Notes under the pieces: model-generated | Seen by the model: the letters and a program-made list of their open reading frames with translations, nothing else | Database searches by the model: none | Told to the model about the DNA's origin: nothing | Assembly: GCA_049322915.1 (NCBI GenBank) | Contig: JBMOPW010000026.1 | Location: 160,001 to 224,000 of the forward strand | Reading direction: 5' to 3' | From: Candidatus Zhuqueibacterota bacterium | GTDB lineage: Bacteria; Zhuqueibacterota; Zhuqueibacteria; Thermofontimicrobiales; Thermofontimicrobiaceae | DNA length: 64,000 nt | Made by a program: the position numbers and the translations under genes | Shown: positions 9,977 through 18,092 of the stretch, one piece after another | Position numbering within the stretch: position 1 is the stretch's first letter | Layout: each line of letters starts with the position of its first letter

Positions 9977-10005
9977 TTGACATTAACTGTAGAATTCAAT
10001 ATTTT
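9977..10005 (+). promoter_or_regulatory. sigma70-type promoter of paralog 1
   Basis: TTGACA-17 nt-TATTTT. Confidence 0.6.
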
Positions 10006-10123
10006 GATTTCGTATCTGTTCAGCGTTCATCGGTATTATTTCTGATTGTAAACTGGTCCGGGTCCTTGTGGCCATCTGAAACACGTGAAAACAAATGATG
10101 AATGTTAATTCTGGAGAATCGTT

Positions 10124-13100
10124 TTGAGAGCTACGTTCTGTTTGAGAGTTTTAATTCTTTGTGGGTACTGTTTATTCGTGCAATTAAGTCTGCCTCTCCT
10201 TGCTTTTAGTCAGGATTTTGAAAGGCAAGCGACACGATCCGAATTATTAACGAAACGGCAGTTTCAGGAGGAACGGGTCGGCGGCGTTATCGATGTATCT
10301 GATCTGAAGATCGGATTTTTGAATAATGGGCGGTTTTGTCCGCCGGAGGAGATCATCCCGGAATTGCCCTCTGCGTTTTATGAGAAATACGGCTACCTGA
10401 GTAAGCTGGATCTTTGGGTGGGCATCCCGGATGGTCCCTGGGCACCGCAGGTGTGGGATGAATCTTCGCAGCGGTATATTTCTGCAGGACCCACAGTGTC
10501 GGGAACATTGTACGAATATTGGGTGACTGACACGGATTGGTCCACGATCAGTGGAACGCGCGGTGTGTTTTATACCGGTGAACTCCAGTATAGTGATCTG
10601 TATCGGCCGTCCAGTCTGTTCGATTTCCCGCTGGCAGCAATGAGTGAAGACGAGCGAACCTGGCCGAGGAATTCGTTCACCGGGTATCGTGAATGGCCAG
10701 GTCGCCGGAAGATCGATGTCCTGACCGGAGAGACGATTCCCGGGTCATTTCTGGGTGATCAGGACATCTTCCTCGCGTTCGATGATAAAACCCTGGCCGA
10801 TCAGATGGCGCCGACCTCGGTCATTGTTAGCAATAACGGCAGGCGATTCCAGCCGCAGAAAGGTTATCCCATCGGCGCAGAGGTGCTGGCTCAGGTGTTC
10901 AGCTACCAGTCCGGCTATCTTGCCAATACAGTATTTTTTGATCTGAAAATAATCAACACAAGCCAGTGGAATTACCATGATGTTTATCTGGGACTTTATT
11001 ATGAATCGGACAATCCGTCCTACGACCTGAATCGACCCGATTTGCTCACCACCCGCGTGCGGGAAAAAATGAGTTATATTAAAAATGATACGACCGATGT
11101 TGGGTCGGCGATGTTCCCGTTCAACATGGCCTATAGCTATGCCTATCGCGATTATTATGAATACAATGCGGGCTACTTGGGCGTTCAGTTGTTGAAAACT
11201 CCGATGGCCAGCGCTGATCAGATCGATAACGACGGGGACGGTTGGGTCGATGAGCCGGAGGGCGAGCAACTGGGACTCACCGGCTGGCATTATTTCGAGC
11301 CGAATGTCATGATGTACGCCGGAGAAAGAGAGCGGCTTCAATACCAGATATTGGCCGGCGATACCACCGGGTTCAGTGATTTGGTGCAACAACGACGGGT
11401 GTTTTTTTCCAGATTGGATGGCTCCTTCGACCCTCATTACGATACTTCGAGTTTAATAAAAAGCGGCTATTACCAGTACGGGGAGATACCCCATGTGTAT
11501 GCGCTTCTGAGCACTGGCCCGACAGATTGGGCCAGCGGCGATACGCTCAGTTTTGTCTTTGCGGTCTTGGTTGGCGAGAATCAGGAGCGGCTGGAGACGA
11601 GCGCGCAAATTGCCCGGCAAATCGTGGACTTCAATTATACTTATTCCAGCGCGCCGCTTCCGCCACAGGTAACCGCCGTAGCGCAGGATGGCAAGGTCAC
11701 GCTGTACTGGGACCGTTCTGCGGAATCAGCCGAGGATTTCATCACCGGCTATGCTGATTTCGAAGGTTATAAAATTTACCGAACCACCGTTGATCCGGCA
11801 GAAAATATGTGGGGTCAGGCTATTTACGACCATGATAACAACATTGTCAATTACATGCCGGTGGCGTCGTGCGACCTGGAAAACGGCATTCACGGCTACG
11901 AAAAAGTCTACCCGTTTCAAAAGCTGGGAGAAGACACAGGCCTGTTTCATTCCTGGACCGACACGACAGTGACCAACGGCGTAACCTACTGGTACAGCGT
12001 GTGCGCGTACGATCACGGCATTGTGGATGATGAGGATTTCAACCCAAAAAGTTTCCCGCCGTCGCCGCTCAACGAATGCGTCAAAGGGGCAGATCCAAAG
12101 CTGAACTCGAACCTGGTGCAGGTTGTGCCCGGCGTACAGGCGGTTGATTATGAAACGCCCCGGATTCAGTTTGAGGCATTGGCAGCGACTTCCGGCAATG
12201 GCCCCATTGAGGTGACGATTGTTGATCCGTTCAAAATTACCGGCCACGATTACACCATGACCTTTGAGGACACAACCTATGGTTACGCGGTCTACAACCT
12301 GTACGATGAAACAGTCGGTGAAATGAAGCTGGAAAAAGTGCAGCAGACCGGCGGCGAAGAAGGCGTTATTTGCGACGGACTGCAAATCCACGTTGAGCGT
12401 TACGATGACATGGAAGTGCTGAACGATAGAACGTTCTGGTACAATTACGAGACCGGTGAGCCGTCCAAATGCACATGGTCGATTTTCGGCGGGAAGCTGA
12501 CGTGGGATCCGTTCCCCTATGAATACGACATCATTTTCACCGGCGAAATGGACACAAGCGTTTTCATGAAGCGAACGGCGCCGTTTAAAATCTGGAACAC
12601 GGTGCTGGACAAACCGGCGCTGTGGGATATTTACTGGAATTATTCCGGAACCGACACCACCGATTCGCTGGTCAGCACCTGGTCCAGCGGCGACATGATT
12701 TATATCTGGGACCAATTCGACCAGGAGAATGAATTCACATTACGGGTGACGATTTCCGAGCGCTCGGTGTACACGTACCAGGGATTGATGAACATTCCGC
12801 CCAAAACCGGGGACGCGGTTCACATTGCGCTGAAGCGAATGTTCCGAACCGGCGATCAGTTCCGAATTTCCACCAAAGCCATGGAGAAAGCCGAAGCGCG
12901 AAAGAACCGCCTGAACGACATCAAAGTCGTGCCCAATCCCTACGTGGTGGGCGCCGACTGGGAGCTTGGCCGAAACGACTCACGCATCCAGTTCATCCAT
13001 TTGCCTTCGGAATGCACAATTCACATTTACACCCTGGCCGGCGATAAAGTGCGAACCCTGCATCACAACAATCCCAACACGGATTACGAATTCTGGGATT

Positions 13101-13204
13101 TGCTCAATTTCAGTAATTTGAAAGCGAGTTACGGCTTGTACGTTTACGTGGTGGAAACGCCGGATGGCAAGGCAACGACAGGTAAGTTTGTGATTTTGAG
13201 GTGA
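10124..13204 (+). CDS. Large secreted protein, paralog 1 of 4 (Ca-binding DxDxDG motif, FN3-like domain, T9SS-like C-terminal domain)
   Basis: Signal peptide; DNDGDGWVDE; VTLYWD..FEGYKIYR..NGVTYWYSV; C-terminal VVPNPY...IYTLAG...WDL...GKFVILR. Confidence 0.85.
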   Translation: MRATFCLRVLILCGYCLFVQLSLPLLAFSQDFERQATRSELLTKRQFQEERVGGVIDVSDLKIGFLNNGRFCPPEEIIPELPSAFYEKYGYLSKLDLWVGIPDGPWAPQVWDESSQRYISAGPTVSGTLYEYWVTDTDWSTISGTRGVFYTGELQYSDLYRPSSLFDFPLAAMSEDERTWPRNSFTGYREWPGRRKIDVLTGETIPGSFLGDQDIFLAFDDKTLADQMAPTSVIVSNNGRRFQPQKGYPIGAEVLAQVFSYQSGYLANTVFFDLKIINTSQWNYHDVYLGLYYESDNPSYDLNRPDLLTTRVREKMSYIKNDTTDVGSAMFPFNMAYSYAYRDYYEYNAGYLGVQLLKTPMASADQIDNDGDGWVDEPEGEQLGLTGWHYFEPNVMMYAGERERLQYQILAGDTTGFSDLVQQRRVFFSRLDGSFDPHYDTSSLIKSGYYQYGEIPHVYALLSTGPTDWASGDTLSFVFAVLVGENQERLETSAQIARQIVDFNYTYSSAPLPPQVTAVAQDGKVTLYWDRSAESAEDFITGYADFEGYKIYRTTVDPAENMWGQAIYDHDNNIVNYMPVASCDLENGIHGYEKVYPFQKLGEDTGLFHSWTDTTVTNGVTYWYSVCAYDHGIVDDEDFNPKSFPPSPLNECVKGADPKLNSNLVQVVPGVQAVDYETPRIQFEALAATSGNGPIEVTIVDPFKITGHDYTMTFEDTTYGYAVYNLYDETVGEMKLEKVQQTGGEEGVICDGLQIHVERYDDMEVLNDRTFWYNYETGEPSKCTWSIFGGKLTWDPFPYEYDIIFTGEMDTSVFMKRTAPFKIWNTVLDKPALWDIYWNYSGTDTTDSLVSTWSSGDMIYIWDQFDQENEFTLRVTISERSVYTYQGLMNIPPKTGDAVHIALKRMFRTGDQFRISTKAMEKAEARKNRLNDIKVVPNPYVVGADWELGRNDSRIQFIHLPSECTIHIYTLAGDKVRTLHHNNPNTDYEFWDLLNFSNLKASYGLYVYVVETPDGKATTGKFVILR

Positions 13205-13309
13205 ACGACATAGAACGCGGATTTCGCTGATGATCCTCCAAAAAATCGGCGGACGTTCCGCGCGGATAAATAAATTAAATTTTAAAATAAAATCCTCCAA
13301 AATAAAAGC

Positions 13310-16300
13310 GTGGGTGTAGTGAAAATAGTCAAGTCAAAACATATAGTCACGACGATACTAATTTATGTCCTGTTTTTTGATGGCGCTGGGATTGTTCTGC
13401 CATCACAGAGAAAGGGCTTATCCAAAATGAGCCAACAGCAGGAACTCATCGGCGGCGTGATCGATGTTAGCAGTTTAAAAAATAGTTTCTTTAACAACGG
13501 TCGATTCTGCCCACCGAGTGAATTCGTACCTGACCTTCCCAGCGCTCACAGAGGCAAGTTTGGTTATTTAAATGTACTTGATTTGTGGATCGGAATTCCA
13601 GATGGCCCTTGGGCACCCAAAGAATGGGATGCTGATTCACAAAAATATGTATCTGCAGGCCCAACTGTCTCAGGTACTGTATTTGGGGAAACCTTGAGAT
13701 TTCAAAACCATAGCAAGACGATAATACCGGGACATACTATTGGCCACGAATTCACCGGACCCTATATTGATAATACCGATTGGTCAACGATTTTTGCATC
13801 GCAAGGACAGCTTTATACTGACGAGCTTTTATTTAGTGAGGTTTATGGCCAATCCAGTTTTTTTGATTTTCTTTTAGCTCCTCATAGTGAGTATGACCGA
13901 TCATGGCCCAGGAATCCATATAGCGGCTTACAAGAATGGCCTGGCAGATGGAAAAAAAATCCCATAACCGGTGAATCGATGTCAGGTAATTTCCTTGGTG
14001 ACCAGACGATTTTTTTCTCGTTCGACGACAAAACATACGCAGATCGGTATTATCCGGAATCACCATTAATTTGGGGATCACATAAGATTTATCCCGAGAA
14101 AGGATATTCAATTCAGGCGGAGGTATTAGGGCAGGCAATTGGATTTCAAACTCCATTATTATCAAATATCATTTTTTTTGATTTGCAAATTATTAATACA
14201 TCTACCTGGGATTACAAGGATGTATATATCGGTCTTTATAATGTGTCTGACATACCCTGGTATTATCCTGATGATGCCGTCCCCAGATACGCGCTATTGA
14301 GAAATGAATATATAAAAAATGAGTTCGATGCAAGTCGAACCGAGGTAATTCCATACAATTTAAGTTATAGTTACAATTCAGAAAAGGACCCAACAGTCGA
14401 TTCTACTTATTTTGGTGTTCAATTTTTGAAAACACCATTGGCGATAGACGATCAAAAAGACAATGACGATGATGGGATCATTGATGAAGTCGGTGAACAA
14501 CTTGGTTTGACAGGATGGCATTTTATTGAACCGTGGATCCTTGAACATTACGGAAAACGGGAAAAAATACAATATAAAATAATGGCTGGTGATACCTCTG
14601 GATTAGGTTCTTTAATTGGGAGCCGCATATTTTTTAACAATGCGGACGGAACACTTAACGTAAATTTCGACTCGCCAGAGAGAATTAGAGATTTTTTTTA
14701 TTATGAATATTATGGTCGAGGTAAGTTGTGGTATGTATTTAATATAATGAGCTGCGGCCCTATCGATTGGGCAAGCGGAGATACACTTAATTTCGTTTTT
14801 GGTATTCTTTTCGCTGAAAATCTGGATAAATTGAAAGGCATAGCTGATTTGGCAAGGAAAGTTGTCGAGAGCGAATATAATACTGCAATGGGGCCACCAC
14901 CGCCCAAGGTCACTGCGGTGCCGCAAAATGGGAAGGTAACGCTTTATTGGGATAACTCTGTTGAAGATGCAACTCATAACCTTACAGGTTACTGGAGCTT
15001 CGAGGGGTATAAAATCTACCGTACTACTATCAATCCGGAATTTAATCAATGGGGCGAACCAATCAATGATTCTGACGGCACGCTTATTAATTTCGTTCCC
15101 ATAGCTCGCTGCGACATGAACAACGGTATAAACGGTTACGAGCAGGTGTACCCCTATCAAAAATATGGCGATGATACTGGTCTGTTCCATTCATGGACCG
15201 ATACCACCGTGACCAATGGCGTGACCTACTGGTACAGCGTCTGCTCCTACGATCATGGCGTTGTGGACAATCCACGTTTAAACCCGGGAAATTATCCCGC
15301 TGCTCCCATGGGTGAATGTAGAAAAGGAACCGATCCTGATGTGGATGTCAATTTGGTGAAAGTGGTGCCTGGTGTTCACGCCTCGGATTATGAGCTTCCC
15401 ACCGCTGAAGTCGAACAATTGGAGGAAACATCGGGCAACGGACTAATTACGCCCTATATCATCGATCCCTATCAAGTCACAGGCCACGATTATCTTATCA
15501 TGTTCGAAGACACGACGTTCGGTTATGCAGCCTACGATCTCTACGATGAGACCGACGGGAAAATGCTGTTTAAGAAAATCACCAGCACCAATGGCGAAGA
15601 AGGGCTGATTTTCGATGGCATTCAACTCTCCATTCAGCGATACGACGACATGGAAGTGCTGAACGAGCGAACCTTTTGGTTCAATTACGAAACAGGCGAA
15701 AACTCGGAATGCACGTGGACCATTCACGGCGGAAAACTGACCTGGGACCCATATCCATTCGAATACGATATTCGTTTCACCGATAAAATGGACACCAGTG
15801 CCTTTCTCAAGAAGACTGCGCCGTTCGAAATCTGGAACACCATTTTGAATCAAAAAGCGCTGTGGGATATTTACTGGAACTCTACGGGGACGGACACCAC
15901 AGATTCGCTGAAAAACACCTGGTCCAGCGGGGACATGATTTATATCTGGGATGAATTCAACGAGGAGAACAAATTCACGCTGCGGATCACCATCACCGAG
16001 CGGTCGATTTACACCTACCAGGGCCTGGTGAACAATCCGCCCCGGCCTGGCGATGCTGCCCACATCGCGCTGAAGCGGCCGTTCATCACAGGCGATCAGT
16101 TTCGCATCCGAACCAGCGCCTTGAAGAAAAAGCAGAACGGGCAGGCTGATTTGAACGACATCAGAGTCGTGCCCAATCCCTACGTGGTTGGCGCCGACTG
16201 GGAGCTTGGCCGAAACGACTCCCGAATTCAGTTCATCCATTTACCCTCGGAATGCTCGATTCACATTTATACCTTGGCCGGCGACAAAGTGCGAACCCTG

Positions 16301-16444
16301 CATCACAACAATCCCAACACGGATTACGAATTCTGGGATCTGCTCAATTTCAGCAATTTGAAGGCGAGTTATGGTTTGTATGTCTATGTGGTGGAAACGC
16401 CGGATGGCAAGGCGATGACCGGGAAGTTTGTGATTTTGAGATGA
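13310..16444 (+). CDS. Large secreted protein, paralog 2 of 4
   Basis: Colinear with paralog 1. The 5' two-thirds is AT-rich; the last ~1 kb is nearly identical to paralog 4. Start may be GTG 13319. Confidence 0.85.
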   Translation: MGVVKIVKSKHIVTTILIYVLFFDGAGIVLPSQRKGLSKMSQQQELIGGVIDVSSLKNSFFNNGRFCPPSEFVPDLPSAHRGKFGYLNVLDLWIGIPDGPWAPKEWDADSQKYVSAGPTVSGTVFGETLRFQNHSKTIIPGHTIGHEFTGPYIDNTDWSTIFASQGQLYTDELLFSEVYGQSSFFDFLLAPHSEYDRSWPRNPYSGLQEWPGRWKKNPITGESMSGNFLGDQTIFFSFDDKTYADRYYPESPLIWGSHKIYPEKGYSIQAEVLGQAIGFQTPLLSNIIFFDLQIINTSTWDYKDVYIGLYNVSDIPWYYPDDAVPRYALLRNEYIKNEFDASRTEVIPYNLSYSYNSEKDPTVDSTYFGVQFLKTPLAIDDQKDNDDDGIIDEVGEQLGLTGWHFIEPWILEHYGKREKIQYKIMAGDTSGLGSLIGSRIFFNNADGTLNVNFDSPERIRDFFYYEYYGRGKLWYVFNIMSCGPIDWASGDTLNFVFGILFAENLDKLKGIADLARKVVESEYNTAMGPPPPKVTAVPQNGKVTLYWDNSVEDATHNLTGYWSFEGYKIYRTTINPEFNQWGEPINDSDGTLINFVPIARCDMNNGINGYEQVYPYQKYGDDTGLFHSWTDTTVTNGVTYWYSVCSYDHGVVDNPRLNPGNYPAAPMGECRKGTDPDVDVNLVKVVPGVHASDYELPTAEVEQLEETSGNGLITPYIIDPYQVTGHDYLIMFEDTTFGYAAYDLYDETDGKMLFKKITSTNGEEGLIFDGIQLSIQRYDDMEVLNERTFWFNYETGENSECTWTIHGGKLTWDPYPFEYDIRFTDKMDTSAFLKKTAPFEIWNTILNQKALWDIYWNSTGTDTTDSLKNTWSSGDMIYIWDEFNEENKFTLRITITERSIYTYQGLVNNPPRPGDAAHIALKRPFITGDQFRIRTSALKKKQNGQADLNDIRVVPNPYVVGADWELGRNDSRIQFIHLPSECSIHIYTLAGDKVRTLHHNNPNTDYEFWDLLNFSNLKASYGLYVYVVETPDGKAMTGKFVILR

Positions 16445-16450
16445 AATGGT

Positions 16451-16485
16451 TCAGATATCGGATTGCGCATGGCAGATTTCGGAGT
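16451..16485 (+). repeat. Degenerate 7-nt tandem array (xCRGATx x5)
   Basis: tcagata tcggatt gcgcatg gcagatt tcggagt, 6 nt after the paralog 2 stop. Same unit as 24250-24291. Confidence 0.55.
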
Positions 16486-16700
16486 CTCGGTTCGACTAAC
16501 TGCATGATTTATTCAAGGATCAAACAAAAGGAAAACGAAGCTATAACCAAAAATCAACATTGGTGAATTCAATCGTAATATGTTCAAAAAATTGCTTGAT
16601 AATCTGTCAACAATGTTTTATATTTTTAGCGCTGAGACACAGGTCAATAAAAACAAGTAATCTAATCTGCTTTTCATATTAACATTTTGGGAGCATTGCA

Positions 16701-16913
16701 ATGGAATCCAGCTTTGCAGACGTTGTGGAAGAAATTAAAAAGATGTCCCATCACGATAAAATGGAATTGAAATTTCTATTAGAAAAATACCTGATCGAAG
16801 AACAAAGAGCGGGAATCTATAAAAATTATCTCGATTCGAAAAAAGAAGTCCATGACCTGAACGTTCAGTACTCATCCGATATAAATGAACTTAAGGATAA
16901 GTTAGAGCAATGA
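16701..16913 (+). CDS. Putative antitoxin
   Basis: 70-aa ORF overlapping (ATGA) the start of a RelE/YafQ-like toxin. Confidence 0.7.
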   Translation: MESSFADVVEEIKKMSHHDKMELKFLLEKYLIEEQRAGIYKNYLDSKKEVHDLNVQYSSDINELKDKLEQ

Positions 16914-17179
16914 TTGAGATTGCATTTAGTTCTTCCTTTAAAAGAGCTTATAAAAAGATGATTAAAGGGCAATCTTTGTTGGAACAAAAATTTTGAGAAC
17001 GGGTCGAACAGTTTCAGCGAAGCCCTTTCGAAAAAAACCTTAGAACACACAAGCTTTCGGGTAAACTAAAAGATTTGTGGAGTTTCAGCATTGAATATGA
17101 TGTGCGGGTTATTTTTTATTTTGCAGAAGAAGATAAAGCAATTTTTATTGATATTGGCACTCACGATGTTGTATATTGA
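16910..17179 (+). pseudogene. RelE/YafQ-like mRNA interferase toxin with an internal stop
   Basis: MIEIAFSSSFKRAYKK...EQKF*ERV...LRTHKLSGKLKDLWSFSIEYDVRVIF...DIGTHDVVY*. In-frame TGA at 16994-16996. Not in the ORF track. Confidence 0.85.
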
Positions 17180-17306
17180 TTTCTGAATGAGCAAAACTCA
17201 AATCCATTTTGCAAATAATTTTTCTTGGCGATGAAGATGTGGCTGCGTGACAGAACAAGATATATTTTTATCATATTACAAACATCAGATCGAAGGAGGT
17301 TTTGTA

Positions 17307-17510
17307 ATGGAGTCAGTGACAATATCACCTGAATTTCAAATCGTCATTCCGCGACGGGTTGGGGATTCCCTGAAATTGAAACCGGGGCAAAAGATCAGAG
17401 TCATTCAATTTGGCAAAAGGATAGAGCTAATCCCGGAAGTCGAAATATCTGAAATGCGAGGCTTTTTGAAAGGGATCGATACAAAAATCAGCCGGGAGGA
17501 GGAGCGATAA
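17307..17510 (+). CDS. AbrB/MazE/SpoVT-family antitoxin (orphan)
   Basis: MESVTISPEFQIVIP...LKLKPGQK...IELIP; AGGAGG ribosome-binding site at 17294-17299. Confidence 0.85.
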   Translation: MESVTISPEFQIVIPRRVGDSLKLKPGQKIRVIQFGKRIELIPEVEISEMRGFLKGIDTKISREEER

Positions 17511-17722
17511 TGAACAAGACAAAAAATATTCTGGATCAGGCAATGCGGCTTTCACCTGCTGATAAATTTTTAGTGATCGAAGCATTGCTGAACAGTATCG
17601 ATGAACCAAATAAAACCATTGATGAAATTTGGGCGGTCGAGGCAGAAAGCAGATTACAAGCCTACAAGCAGGGAAAATTAAGAACATTATCTTTTGAGGA
17701 AGTATTTGGCAAGGAAGATTAA
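17510..17722 (+). CDS. Addiction-module antitoxin (TIGR02574-like)
   Basis: LSPADK...LLNSID...IDEIWAVEAESRLQAY..G. Confidence 0.8.
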   Translation: MNKTKNILDQAMRLSPADKFLVIEALLNSIDEPNKTIDEIWAVEAESRLQAYKQGKLRTLSFEEVFGKED

Positions 17723-18018
17723 TGAATATTAAAATTTCTGAATTTGCCCAGAAGGAGCTCGAAGACGCTATATTCTTTTACGAATTACAACAGTCAGGCT
17801 TGGGAAATAAATTTAAAATCGAAGTTCGATCATCAATTCAAAGAATAGTGAAACATCCAAACGCCTGGCCAATTGAAAGTGGTGAAGTACGAAAGTGTTA
17901 CCTTTATAAATTTCCCTATAAAATACTGTATTCGATTCAGGAAAATAACGTAATTGTTTTAGCAATTGCTCACCAACACAGAAAACCTGGCTATTGGATC
18001 GAACCAGAGAATTATTAA
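17722..18018 (+). CDS. RelE/ParE-family toxin
   Basis: AQKELEDAIFFYE...GLG...KFPYKILY...LAIAHQHRKPGYW. Confidence 0.88.
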   Translation: MNIKISEFAQKELEDAIFFYELQQSGLGNKFKIEVRSSIQRIVKHPNAWPIESGEVRKCYLYKFPYKILYSIQENNVIVLAIAHQHRKPGYWIEPENY

Positions 18019-18092
18019 ATTTAGTAGGTGCACGAACGTGTAGTTTCTATTGAAATTTCAAAATTATTACCAGTTTAAATTTGGGATGTGCG

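Noticed and set aside
13212..13266. Hairpin AACGCGGATTTCGCTGAT...ATCGGCGGACGTTCCGCG between paralogs 1 and 2
   Set aside because: May be a degenerate 9-mer element or an mRNA stability hairpin, but it is too short and imperfect to classify.
16994..16996. TGA read-through or alternative genetic code
   Set aside because: TGA is the normal stop of many genes here (for example pheT and all four paralogs) and Trp is encoded by TGG; a single nonsense mutation is simpler.
16445..18092. Integron cassette array (tandem TA genes)
   Set aside because: No integrase, no recognisable attC sites (RYYYAAC...GTTRRRY) between the genes, and some genes overlap directly.
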